This document shows, piece after piece, positions 38,262-46,753 of a stretch of DNA of 64,000 nucleotides; position 1 is the stretch's first letter; the number at the start of each line of letters is the position of its first letter. The translations under genes were made by a program, and so were the position numbers. The stretch is from Candidatus Acidiferrum sp. (GTDB taxonomy: Bacteria; Verrucomicrobiota; Verrucomicrobiia; Limisphaerales; UBA11358), in the NCBI GenBank assembly GCA_035506715.1, contig DATJOW010000053.1, forward strand, positions 21,904-85,903, in the 5' to 3' direction. Below the pieces are notes generated by a model. It saw only the letters and a program-made list of their open reading frames with translations, searched no databases and had not been told where the DNA came from.

Positions 38262-39257
38262 TCAGGCGGCCATGACATCGGCCTCGACCGCCGGCGTTTC
38301 GCGTTCGGCGATTTTCACGCGCATTTTCTGCAACGCCTCCTCCTGGATTTGCCGGATGCGCTCGCGCGTGACACCCAACTCTTCGCCGATTTCCTCCAAG
38401 GTCTTGGGGCGCCCGTCGTCGAGGCCAAACCGCATGGCAAGAATCGTGTTCTCCCGCGGCGTGAGCGTGGCGAGAACTTCCTGGACCAGTTGCGAGTCGT
38501 TCTCCCGGATGAGCCGGTCGAACGGCGCGGCGGCATTCGGGTCCGCCACCACCTCGGAAATCCGCTGCGGCTCGTCGGTCCCGACCGGGGCGTCGAGGGA
38601 AATCGGCGCCTTGGCGGCGGTGCGATATTGCTGGATGCGGCGCGGGTCAAGTCCCAGATGGTCCGCCACCTCCTGGTCGGTCGGGTCCCGGTCAAACGCC
38701 TCGCGCAGTTTCACCTCCGCCTTGCGGATGTGCGCCACCTTGTCCACCACGTGAACGGGCAGCCGGATGGTCTTGGATTGGTTGGCCAGCGCCCGCAGGA
38801 TGGATTGCTTGATCCACCAGGACGCATACGTGGAAAGTTTCGCGCCCTTGCGCGGATTGAACCGTTCCACGCCTTTCATCAGGCCGATGTTGCCTTCGTT
38901 GATGAGGTCGAGCAGCGGCAGCCCGAGCCCTTCGTAATCATGGGCAATCTTCACCACCAGCCGCAGGTTGGCGGTAATCATCTGCTCGCGGGCGCGCTTG
39001 TCGCCGCGCCGGATCCGCCGGGCGAGGGCGATTTCCTCCCGGGGCGTGATCAATTTCACCCGCCCGATCTCGCGGAGGTACAATTGCAGCGTGTCGCCGC
39101 GGAGGGATTCCGACGACGCGGGCTCCGGCGTCACCTCGCCGGCTTCCGCCGCCGCCGATCGCAAGCGCCGGGGCGGATGCATCCGGACCAGCGGCCGGCG
39201 GGCTGGTTGCGTCCTGGCGCTGTTCAGCAGCCGTTGTGGTTTTAATTCTGTTCTCAT
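38262..39257 (-). CDS. RNA polymerase sigma-70 family factor (RpoD/SigA-like regions 2-4)
   Basis: DLINEGNIGLMKGVERFNPRKGAKLSTYASWWIKQSI covers region 2, and the region 4 helix-turn-helix is LEEIGEELGVTRERIRQIQ. Confidence 0.9.
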   Translation of the reverse strand: MRTELKPQRLLNSARTQPARRPLVRMHPPRRLRSAAAEAGEVTPEPASSESLRGDTLQLYLREIGRVKLITPREEIALARRIRRGDKRAREQMITANLRLVVKIAHDYEGLGLPLLDLINEGNIGLMKGVERFNPRKGAKLSTYASWWIKQSILRALANQSKTIRLPVHVVDKVAHIRKAEVKLREAFDRDPTDQEVADHLGLDPRRIQQYRTAAKAPISLDAPVGTDEPQRISEVVADPNAAAPFDRLIRENDSQLVQEVLATLTPRENTILAMRFGLDDGRPKTLEEIGEELGVTRERIRQIQEEALQKMRVKIAERETPAVEADVMAA

Positions 39258-39324
39258 TTTTTTTCTTTCAATTTTGGGTTAAATTCCCCGGTCGTCCGGC
39301 ACAGGGCGGCGACGCCGGTTCCAG

Positions 39325-40089
39325 TCATTTCGCGGTAAAGCCGCCGTCCACGGTCAGGGATTGGCCGGTGACGAACGAAGCCTTGTCGGAACACAGCCAG
39401 ACCACCGCCTCGGCGATTTCCTCGGGCGTGCCGGTCCGGCCCATCGGGTGCAGGGCGGTTAGTTGTTTGAAAAATTCGGTGTCCGCGCCACCGGTAAAGC
39501 GATCCAGCATCGGCGTCACGATGCCGCCGGGCGAGACGGCGTTCACCCGGATGCCCTGGGTGGCGTATTCCAGCGCCGCCGTCTTGGTCAAGCCCAGCAC
39601 CGCGTGCTTGCTTGCCACATAAACACCCACGCCGGGAAATCCGATCAAGCCGCCGACCGACGACGTGTTGACGATGGCGCCGCCGCCGTTTTTCAGCATG
39701 GCCGGCACTTCGTGCTTCATGGCCAGCAAAACGCCGAGAACATTGATGTCCATCACCCGGTGATAGTTCGTCGTCGATTGCTCGTGCGTCGATTTGCCAA
39801 CCTCGCCCTCGAAGCCGGCGTTGTTGAACGCAGCATCGAGCCGGCCGTAAGCGGCCAGCGTTTTCTCCACCAGCGCGGCCACTTCGGGTTCGTGGGCCAC
39901 GTCCGCCTTGATGAATCTGGCGTCACCGCCGTTCCGCTGGAGCCGGGCAACCACTTCGTTTCCTTCCTGTTCACGCCGGCCCGAGACAACGACTTTCGCG
40001 CCGGCCCGGGCAAAGGCCAGTGCCGTCGCCGCGCCGATGCCGCTGGTGCCGCCGGTCACCAGCGCCACTTTGTTGGTCAATTCCTTCAT
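39325..40089 (-). CDS. SDR family oxidoreductase
   Basis: Start trimmed to the ATG at 40089. Motifs are TGGTSGIGAATA, NNAG and YVASKHAV. Confidence 0.9.
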   Translation of the reverse strand: MKELTNKVALVTGGTSGIGAATALAFARAGAKVVVSGRREQEGNEVVARLQRNGGDARFIKADVAHEPEVAALVEKTLAAYGRLDAAFNNAGFEGEVGKSTHEQSTTNYHRVMDINVLGVLLAMKHEVPAMLKNGGGAIVNTSSVGGLIGFPGVGVYVASKHAVLGLTKTAALEYATQGIRVNAVSPGGIVTPMLDRFTGGADTEFFKQLTALHPMGRTGTPEEIAEAVVWLCSDKASFVTGQSLTVDGGFTAK

Positions 40090-40121
40090 GGAAATTCCTT
40101 GGGGTTGAGAGTCGATCCGGC

Positions 40122-40454
40122 TCAAGCCGCCACCGGCAACGCGCCGAGACGATTTAAAATGGTCTTTTTGCTGACGGCGCCCACGATCCGGTCCCGCGCT
40201 TCGCCGCCGGCAAAAAGAAGCAACGTTGGGATTGCCCGGATGTTGAAGCGTGCCGCCAGCGCGGGGTTTTCGTCCACGTTGACCTTCACAATTTTTATCC
40301 GGCCGGGATTTTGCGCGGCAATTTCCTCCAGGACGGGCGCCATCATCCTGCAGGGCCCGCACCATTCGGCCCAGAAATCCACCAGCACCGGTTGCCCGGG
40401 CTGGCGGACTTCGGCGTCAAAGTTGGCTTCGTTGATTTCAATGGTCGTTTTCAT
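40122..40454 (-). CDS. thioredoxin (second copy)
   Basis: 110 aa with [13 protein letters not shown]. Confidence 0.9.
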   Translation of the reverse strand: MKTTIEINEANFDAEVRQPGQPVLVDFWAEWCGPCRMMAPVLEEIAAQNPGRIKIVKVNVDENPALAARFNIRAIPTLLLFAGGEARDRIVGAVSKKTILNRLGALPVAA

Positions 40455-40481
40455 TTTGAATATGGGGCTGGATGGTCCCGC

Positions 40482-40802
40482 TCACGCAGCCAGCTGGGAA
40501 GCGAACCCGCGACGGACGAGGGATTGCTGTCGGGCGTGCCAGGCCGCAACCGATTGGATTTTTTCCGTCGCCAGATCCGGAAACACGAGATGCGGATAAT
40601 CCGTCTGCCAGGCCAGCGCCTCGGCCTCGCCCAAGGCCAGGCGGAATAGTTGTTCGGGCACCTCAAAAGTCTCCCGCAACTCCGCCAGCAGGTTTTTCTT
40701 GGTATGTTCGATCTGGGTCGCCAGCTTCTGGCATGACGCCAGGCAAACATTCGCCACGGTTTCAACCGCGCTTGCTTTTTTTGCTCTTGGATTGTTCTTC
40801 AT
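40482..40802 (-). CDS. hypothetical protein
   Basis: The ATG at 40802 is preceded by a GGAGAA Shine-Dalgarno sequence. The 106-aa product is helical-looking. It ends with TGA in frame with the downstream thioredoxin. Confidence 0.5.
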   Translation of the reverse strand: MKNNPRAKKASAVETVANVCLASCQKLATQIEHTKKNLLAELRETFEVPEQLFRLALGEAEALAWQTDYPHLVFPDLATEKIQSVAAWHARQQSLVRRGFASQLAA

Positions 40803-40860
40803 TTTTTCTCCTTGTTCTTCAGTAGTTGTCTGTTTAGTCAAATAAATGTTCAAAAAAAAC

Positions 40861-41475
40861 TTAAACGGGTACTGCTTCGCTTTCTTTCACGCCTAGGATC
40901 GCAAATATGCCGCCGACGGTATCGCGCAGTACTTCCACGTCGTTTTGAATTCGCGCCTGAGTCAACAAACCTTCATAATAGGCGAGGATCATGCGCGCCT
41001 TGGCCGCCGGGTCCGGCGCCTTGATAACTCCGGCGGCATGGGCATCACGAATAGCCGACTCGAGGTACTTGCGCTTGTAATCCAGGATTTCCTGGATTTT
41101 CTTTCCCAGCCGGTCTTCCTGGGTGCAAACTTCGGCTCCCAAGGCAAACTGAGGGCAGCCCAGCACCCGCCCGTATTTGGCTTTAATATCGCGCTGCGCC
41201 CGATAGCTGAATTCGCAATATTTGCGCAGCCGCTCCAGCGGCGGAACCATCGGCGAAAAAATCGCGTCCAGTTCCACGCGTTTGAGCTGCCAGTTCGCAT
41301 CGAACGCCTCCGCCGCCAGCTCGCATTTGGAATCAAAAAAGTAGTAAAAACTGCCCTTTTTGACCCCGGCCTTCTCACAAATCTGATCGATGGTGGTGCT
41401 ACCGTAGGAACCGGTCCAAATTAACTCCGACACGGCATCCATCAATCTTTTCTTGGCATCGCTGACACGGCCCAT
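40861..41475 (-). CDS. TetR/AcrR family transcriptional regulator
   Basis: ATG at 41475; the ORF track start at 41502 is GTG. The N-terminal helix-turn-helix is RLMDAVSELIWTGSYGSTTIDQICEKAGVKKGSFYYFF. Confidence 0.85.
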   Translation of the reverse strand: MGRVSDAKKRLMDAVSELIWTGSYGSTTIDQICEKAGVKKGSFYYFFDSKCELAAEAFDANWQLKRVELDAIFSPMVPPLERLRKYCEFSYRAQRDIKAKYGRVLGCPQFALGAEVCTQEDRLGKKIQEILDYKRKYLESAIRDAHAAGVIKAPDPAAKARMILAYYEGLLTQARIQNDVEVLRDTVGGIFAILGVKESEAVPV

Positions 41476-41541
41476 AGTCTTTTTCTCTCGCTTAACTTTC
41501 ACCCGGGCACCCCCGGGTCACAGCGCCAACCTACCAAACTA

Positions 41542-41553
41542 GACTAAATAGTC
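41542..41553. promoter_or_regulatory. 12-bp palindrome GACTAaaTAGTC in the tetR / HMA-like divergent intergenic region
   Basis: Read directly from the sequence. It is a candidate TetR operator. A second hairpin (ACCCGGG-CACC-CCCGGGT) lies at 41501-41518. Confidence 0.3.
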
Positions 41554-41684
41554 AACTATTATTTTCGGGATTTTTTAAGGTATTGAAAATACAAGCCGTT
41601 TTGGCAATCTGGACCGGCAATTAAGGAGGGCGGCAGCATTCGCGCCTTGGAACAAATGCAACCATCAGACATCAAAACAGGACT

Positions 41685-42206
41685 ATGAAAAAACTCTTTG
41701 CATTCGCAATCGTGACGTCAGCGCTGGCCTGGTCGGTTCAAGCCGCCGACGTTTCCGTCAAACTCACCGATGTTCATCTCTGCTGCCAGAGCTGTGTCAA
41801 AGGCGTGCAGAAGGCCGTGGGCCAGGTCCCGGGAGTGACCGCCACGGCGGACATGGACGAAGGGACCGTCAGCCTGACCGGGCCGGACACTGCCGCAGTC
41901 CAAAAGGCGGTGGACGCGCTGACCGGCGCCGGTTATTTCGGCAAGAGCAGTGACCCCGCCATCAAGGTCAGTACGGACACCGGCACCAAAGACCAAAAGG
42001 TACAATCGCTTCAGGTTGAGGGCGTGCATCTGTGCTGCGGCAAATGCGTCAAGGCGGTGAACGAAGCGCTCGCTTCGGTTTCGGGCGTGACGACCAACAC
42101 CGCCGCCAAGGGCGTCAAGTCCTTCACTGTCAGCGGCGACTTCAACGAGCAGGAAGTATTCGCCGCCTTGCAGAAAGCCGGCCTCACTGGCAAGGTCGGC
42201 AAGTAA
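41685..42206 (+). CDS. periplasmic protein with two HMA-like domains carrying an HLCCxxC motif
   Basis: It has a signal peptide and two internal repeats, VKLTDVHLCCQSCVKGVQKAV and LQVEGVHLCCGKCVKAVNEAL. Each is followed by a beta-alpha-beta-beta-alpha-beta-like segment. Confidence 0.65.
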   Translation: MKKLFAFAIVTSALAWSVQAADVSVKLTDVHLCCQSCVKGVQKAVGQVPGVTATADMDEGTVSLTGPDTAAVQKAVDALTGAGYFGKSSDPAIKVSTDTGTKDQKVQSLQVEGVHLCCGKCVKAVNEALASVSGVTTNTAAKGVKSFTVSGDFNEQEVFAALQKAGLTGKVGK

Positions 42207-42228
42207 GGAGTCGTTCCATTCTCTGCTT

Positions 42229-42263
42229 CCCTTCGCCGGTTTCTCCGGCGAGGGGATTTTTTT
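42229..42263 (+). terminator. rho-independent terminator after the HMA-like gene
   Basis: CCCUUCGCCGG-UUUCU-CCGGCGAGGGG forms an 11-bp stem including one G-U pair. It is followed by A and seven U. Confidence 0.75.
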
Positions 42264-42338
42264 GAGCGGCATCCCGGGCCGACAAAAAATTCATCAACAC
42301 CATTGCTTTGCGCGAACGGGAAATTAAACTCCGCGCGC

Positions 42339-44474
42339 GTGTTGAACCTGAATTCGCTCAATCCCCAGCAGCGCCAGGCCGTTGAAACCTTGAACGGACC
42401 GGTGCTGATCCTGGCTGGCGCCGGCACCGGCAAAACCCGGGTCATCACGTTCCGCATTGCGCACCTCATTGCCCAAGGCGTGCCGCCGCAAAACATTCTC
42501 GCCGTCACCTTCACCAACAAGGCCGCCCGCGAAATGCAGGAGCGCGTCCGCAAGCTTTTGCCCGACTCAAAACTCAAAACTCAAAACTCAGAACTGCCGC
42601 AGCGCCCCACCATTTGCACGTTTCATTCGCTGTGTGTGCGGATTCTGCGCCGGCACATCGAGCGGCTTGGCTACAAGCGGAATTTTGTCATCTACAACGA
42701 ATCCGAGCAGCTTGGCGCGGTCAAAAAAATCCTCGCGCAAATTTCGGCGAAAGGCGAAAAGGCCGACCCGGCGGCCGTCCTGGCCCTGTTGAGCAAATTC
42801 AAGAACGGCGGCGAACGTGCCGCCGTGTTCGCCGACGAGAGCGTGCGCGCGCTGGCCCAGCATATCCGGTCGCGTTACGAAACGGCCTTGCACGCCTGCA
42901 ACGCCGTGGATTTTGACGACCTCATTTTGCTCACGCTGCGGTTGTTTAAGGAACACCCCGAAGTACTTGACGCCTGCCGCGCCCAATATCAGTACGTCAT
43001 GGCGGACGAATACCAGGACACCAATGCCACCCAGTTTCAACTTGTTCATGCCCTCACCGCCAAACATCGCAATTTCTGCGTGGTGGGCGACGACGACCAG
43101 AGCATCTACGGCTGGCGCGGCGCGGAAATCAGCAACCTGCTCGACCTGGAAAAAAGTTTTCCGGAGGTGAAAATCATCAAGCTCGAACAAAATTACCGTT
43201 CGACGAACACGATTCTCAACGCCGCCAACGCCCTGATCAAACACAACGCCCGCCGCCGCGCCAAACAGCTCTGGTCGAGCAAGGGCCAGGGCGACAAGAT
43301 TATTTTACGCGCCTACGCCAGCGACGAGGAGGAGGCGCGCAACGTGGTCGAGCAGATTGAATTCGCCCGCCGGGCGCATCGGGTTCCCTGGGCGCACAAC
43401 GCCGTCCTGTTCCGGACGAACATCCAATCGCGTCCGCTCGAAACCGCATTTCGCGCAGCCGGCGTGCGATATCACCTCATCGGCGGCCAGAGCTTTTTCG
43501 ACCGGGCGGAAGTCCGCGATTTTCTCGCTTACCTGAAGGTGTTTCTCAATCCGCATGATGACGTCAGCCTGCTGCGGATTGCGAACGTGCCGGCGCGCGG
43601 CTTGAGCGACGTGACGATGGAACGCCTGCTGGCCGCCAGCCACGAGCGGAACAGTTCCGTCTTCGCCGCGATGAAAAATCCGGCAGTCCAGGCGGGTTTT
43701 CCGCTCAAGACGCGCCAGAGCATTGAGGCGTTTGGGGAATTTGTGGAGCGGACGCGGGCGCAATTAAACGGTAGGGCGGGCAGTCCCTTGCCCGCCGGCG
43801 GCGCGCACGGCTTGTCCCGCCATAGCCAGGCGACGGCGGAAGCGACGCGCCCTGCCCTTAAGTTGCAAACCTGGGCGGACCATTTTTTGAACGAGATCGG
43901 TTATTTCGCCGAACTTCGGCGGTTGGAGAAGGATCCCGAAAATGCCGAAAGCCGGATCCGCAATTTGAAGGAATTGATGGCGACGATGGATACCCTCACC
44001 CGGCCTGCGGCCACCCTCTCCCATCTGATGGGAGAGGGACGCGGTGAGGGCCTTTTTGACCGGTTGCATGCCTTCCTGGAAGACATCACACTGGACACCG
44101 AGCGCGAAGAGGAACAGGAAGCCGGCGACGCCGTGACGCTCATCACCATGCACAGTTGCAAGGGGCTGGAATTTCCGCGCGTCTTTGTGGTGGGGCTGGA
44201 AGATGGGCTGCTGCCGCACTCACGGTCCGCAGCGGAAGGCACCTTGGACGAGGAACGGCGGTTGTTTTACGTGGCGGTGACGCGCGCGATGCAATCGCTC
44301 GCGCTCTGCCACTGCGCCGCCCGGATGAAATATGGCCAGCTCATGCCGTGTCATCCCTCGCGTTTTCTCAAGGAATTGCCCGCCGAACTGATCGAAACCG
44401 AGGAAAGCAATACGCCGGTGGATCTTGCCGCCGGCAAAAAAATGTTCGACGTCATCCGTAGTGCCATTAACTGA
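42339..44474 (+). CDS. uvrD: ATP-dependent DNA helicase (UvrD/PcrA family)
   Basis: Probable GTG start at 42339. Motifs are LILAGAGTGKT (Walker A), DEYQDTN, QNYRS, TMHSCKGLEFPRVFVVG and YVAVTRA. It contains three in-frame repeat insertions. Confidence 0.9.
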   Translation: MLNLNSLNPQQRQAVETLNGPVLILAGAGTGKTRVITFRIAHLIAQGVPPQNILAVTFTNKAAREMQERVRKLLPDSKLKTQNSELPQRPTICTFHSLCVRILRRHIERLGYKRNFVIYNESEQLGAVKKILAQISAKGEKADPAAVLALLSKFKNGGERAAVFADESVRALAQHIRSRYETALHACNAVDFDDLILLTLRLFKEHPEVLDACRAQYQYVMADEYQDTNATQFQLVHALTAKHRNFCVVGDDDQSIYGWRGAEISNLLDLEKSFPEVKIIKLEQNYRSTNTILNAANALIKHNARRRAKQLWSSKGQGDKIILRAYASDEEEARNVVEQIEFARRAHRVPWAHNAVLFRTNIQSRPLETAFRAAGVRYHLIGGQSFFDRAEVRDFLAYLKVFLNPHDDVSLLRIANVPARGLSDVTMERLLAASHERNSSVFAAMKNPAVQAGFPLKTRQSIEAFGEFVERTRAQLNGRAGSPLPAGGAHGLSRHSQATAEATRPALKLQTWADHFLNEIGYFAELRRLEKDPENAESRIRNLKELMATMDTLTRPAATLSHLMGEGRGEGLFDRLHAFLEDITLDTEREEEQEAGDAVTLITMHSCKGLEFPRVFVVGLEDGLLPHSRSAAEGTLDEERRLFYVAVTRAMQSLALCHCAARMKYGQLMPCHPSRFLKELPAELIETEESNTPVDLAAGKKMFDVIRSAIN
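42566..42593 (+). repeat. heptanucleotide tandem repeat (CTCAAAA x3 + CTCAGAA) inside uvrD
   Basis: Read directly from the sequence. It is translated as SKLKTQNSEL. Confidence 0.85.
43770..43860 (+). repeat. GC-rich repeat-like insertion inside uvrD (encodes GRAGSPLPAGGAHGLSRHSQATAEATRPAL)
   Basis: It contains a perfect 8-bp hairpin, GGCGGGCA-GTCCCT-TGCCCGCC, at 43775-43796. Its ends (AGGGCGGGCAG ... CGCCCTGCCCT) are partly complementary. The peptide resembles junk-ORF translations of intergenic repeats I recall from related genomes. Confidence 0.5.
44014..44050 (+). repeat. GC-rich palindromic repeat, copy 2 (in frame inside uvrD)
   Basis: CCCTCTCCCATC-T-GATGGGAGAGGG is a perfect 12-bp palindrome, followed by ACGCGGTGAGGG. 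It is translated as LSHLMGEGRGEG. Confidence 0.7.
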
Positions 44475-44557
44475 ACGGTGAGGTTCGGCTTTTGGCCTGG
44501 ACGGGTTGAAACCGCGAGCTTTAATCAGCCCCTGCAAGGATTCAGAACCATGGCAGG

Positions 44558-46720
44558 TCAGGGACCGTGTTGATCTTCCTGGCCGGGAGCCAGCACGTTC
44601 AAGGTCACTGGATCGGAGGTTTCCACCTCGCCGGCGCTGCCATCGGTGGATTCCAACTGCGCCACCGCGGAAAGTTGGTGGGTGCCGGCGGCGAGGTCGT
44701 TGACGGTCAGATCGTATCCGCCGGTGGGCCCCGGCACGGCATCGCCCAGATAGATCGGGCCATCGTAGAATTTCACCCAGATGAGACCGCACGGGCCGAT
44801 GGAAATGGCGCGCGCCAGCACCGGCGTATTGGTCAGCACCACGGTTCCGTCGTAAGGCAGGCTGATGCCCACGCAGCGTGCCGGCGGCAATTTCAGCCGG
44901 GTCGAACAGCAGCCAACCAGGTTCGTGTCGAGCGTGGTGAGATAAAACTCGTTCGTCCCGGGACACGGCGCCGTGCGTTGCACCTGCAGATTCAAGGTGC
45001 GGGTCTGGCTGGGCAACAACAGGCTCCCGCCGTACGCCGGCAACGTGAGGTCGAGCAAGGCCGGGAGGAACGTGACGCAAGACTGGCCGGCGCCAAAACC
45101 GACGAATTTCAGCGGCGTCGCGGTCACGTTTTGAATGGTGATGGAATAGTTGTAGGTGCTGACCAGTCCCGCGGTGCTGACGAAGGTGAGCGTATTGGTG
45201 ATGACGTGGTTGCAACAGGTTGGAAGGCTCAGGCAGTTCGGGATGCTGCAGTTCAGGGGCAAACCTAGCTGGAGATAGCTGCCAACGCTGAAACAAAGAT
45301 TGCTCATCGCCGCCGGGCCGAAGATGGTCACCGAAAGATTGGTGCTCTGTCCGACGCCCAGGGGAGAAACCAGGTTGATGAGCGCGGGCGCGAAGGCGAC
45401 GTTTGTCGGGGCATTAAACAGGGAGATGGCGGCGAGCGGGGCGCCGTTCAGGTTCGTGACACAGAAGCGGTAGGTCCACGTGCCATCGGACAGACATTGC
45501 AGCTCGCCACAGCCCAGGCCGACGCACGCGCCCTGCCAGAGCTTGGTGACCGTGCCGGAACTAATCACATGATCCTGATTGTCCATGTACGAAGCCGTGA
45601 TGTAGTCCACGCCCAGCCCGCCGTTGCCCACGTACGTGAAACAGGCCACGCCATTCGCATCGGTGACGGTGGAATAGTTGGTCACGGAATTCGGCCCGCT
45701 GACGATGGTGAACGTCACCAGCACGTTGGTCCGGGGCGCGACGTTCGTGGCGAGGGTCGCACAGACCGTGTGGGGGGTGCCGATGTTATTGGTGGCCGCG
45801 GGCGGCCCGAGTTCGATGGTGCTGATCACCTTCACGCCTTCACCGCGAACCAGGATGTAAGGCACGCCGTTGCTGCCGTCGGTCGCGGTAAAGGTGCCAT
45901 TGGTCAGCGCGATGGTCAGCACCACAAAATTCGGCGGCCAGGCGTCAAAGCCTTCATGCGTCGAGCAACCCCAGTTGCTCAACAGGGCATCGGTCAGCGG
46001 TGGTGGCGCGGTGAAAACAGGATGCGTGGCCACAATATGGGCGCTGTCGAAACAGGTATAGCCGTAACCACGGACCATGAAGCTGCCGAAGCCCGTTAAT
46101 TGCGGCACGAGAACGGCGTTGGTGAGCAAAGAAAAAGAGGAGTCGTAGTAGCAGCTGAGCGCGTAATAAAATCCGGTCTTGGTGGGATCGTTCACCGCGA
46201 AGGCGACGCCGCGGTTGATCGTCGTGGCCGCCCCGTTCGTGTTGTAGGCGTGAAAGACGTTGTCTATGCCCATGAGGATGACATTGCCGGCTGCCGCCGG
46301 CGTCCAGATCGTTTTCGTGGCGTTGAGCGCGGTCATCGCGGCCAGATAGTTTGAGGTGCCGACATTGCAGCTTGGATCGCCGATGATGATCGCGCGGTAC
46401 TGGTCGAAGCCAAAGCCGGTGGGGCCACCCGTGCCCGTGCCAGGAATGCCATACCAGTTCGCCGCGGGGACGACGTCCACCGCGCAGCCGGGGATGGCCG
46501 CCTGCGCCGCCAGCGCTTCCCAGCTGTTGGTGCCGGAAACGACGGTTTCGTCCAGGATCAGCACGCGCGGCGGGGAATTGGTCGGCGTGGCGCGTCCCAA
46601 CCAAGGCTGGAAAAGCGTCAGACCAGTCAAAATGGTAATGAGCGTACGCTCGCCCCGGCGGGCGGCGGCCCGGACGATTTTGGCACCGTTGAATCTCCAA
46701 AAGTTTTGCATGGCTTTCAT
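44558..46720 (-). CDS. large secreted Cys-rich protein, unknown function (tandem paralog A)
   Basis: ATG at 46720. The domain order is signal-like N-terminus, PPRVLILDETVV... domain, Big-like segment (VTFTIVSGPNSVTNYSTVTDANGVACFTYVGNGG), Cys-rich region, then a C-terminal Ig-like domain. Confidence 0.7.
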   Translation of the reverse strand: MKAMQNFWRFNGAKIVRAAARRGERTLITILTGLTLFQPWLGRATPTNSPPRVLILDETVVSGTNSWEALAAQAAIPGCAVDVVPAANWYGIPGTGTGGPTGFGFDQYRAIIIGDPSCNVGTSNYLAAMTALNATKTIWTPAAAGNVILMGIDNVFHAYNTNGAATTINRGVAFAVNDPTKTGFYYALSCYYDSSFSLLTNAVLVPQLTGFGSFMVRGYGYTCFDSAHIVATHPVFTAPPPLTDALLSNWGCSTHEGFDAWPPNFVVLTIALTNGTFTATDGSNGVPYILVRGEGVKVISTIELGPPAATNNIGTPHTVCATLATNVAPRTNVLVTFTIVSGPNSVTNYSTVTDANGVACFTYVGNGGLGVDYITASYMDNQDHVISSGTVTKLWQGACVGLGCGELQCLSDGTWTYRFCVTNLNGAPLAAISLFNAPTNVAFAPALINLVSPLGVGQSTNLSVTIFGPAAMSNLCFSVGSYLQLGLPLNCSIPNCLSLPTCCNHVITNTLTFVSTAGLVSTYNYSITIQNVTATPLKFVGFGAGQSCVTFLPALLDLTLPAYGGSLLLPSQTRTLNLQVQRTAPCPGTNEFYLTTLDTNLVGCCSTRLKLPPARCVGISLPYDGTVVLTNTPVLARAISIGPCGLIWVKFYDGPIYLGDAVPGPTGGYDLTVNDLAAGTHQLSAVAQLESTDGSAGEVETSDPVTLNVLAPGQEDQHGP

Positions 46721-46753
46721 ACCGAGCCTGTCATTCAAGCCGGCGTTGCCGGC

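Noticed and set aside
40455-40484. The hypothetical gene 40482-40802 ends in TGA. It is in the same frame as the downstream thioredoxin, separated by 9 sense codons. In a Sec-decoding organism this could be a Sec read-through fusion.
   Set aside because: I see no convincing SECIS-like hairpin within about 40 nt downstream of the TGA. The TGA is not in a redox motif, and the thioredoxin has its own ATG and full-length fold. It is most likely a coincidence of frame. A SECIS or selenoprotein scan would settle it.
42566-42593. Heptamer arrays (42566-42593 and 57078-57172) as possible CRISPR-like or satellite arrays.
   Set aside because: The units are 7 bp with no spacers and there are no cas genes. 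They are simple tandem repeats and are reported as such.
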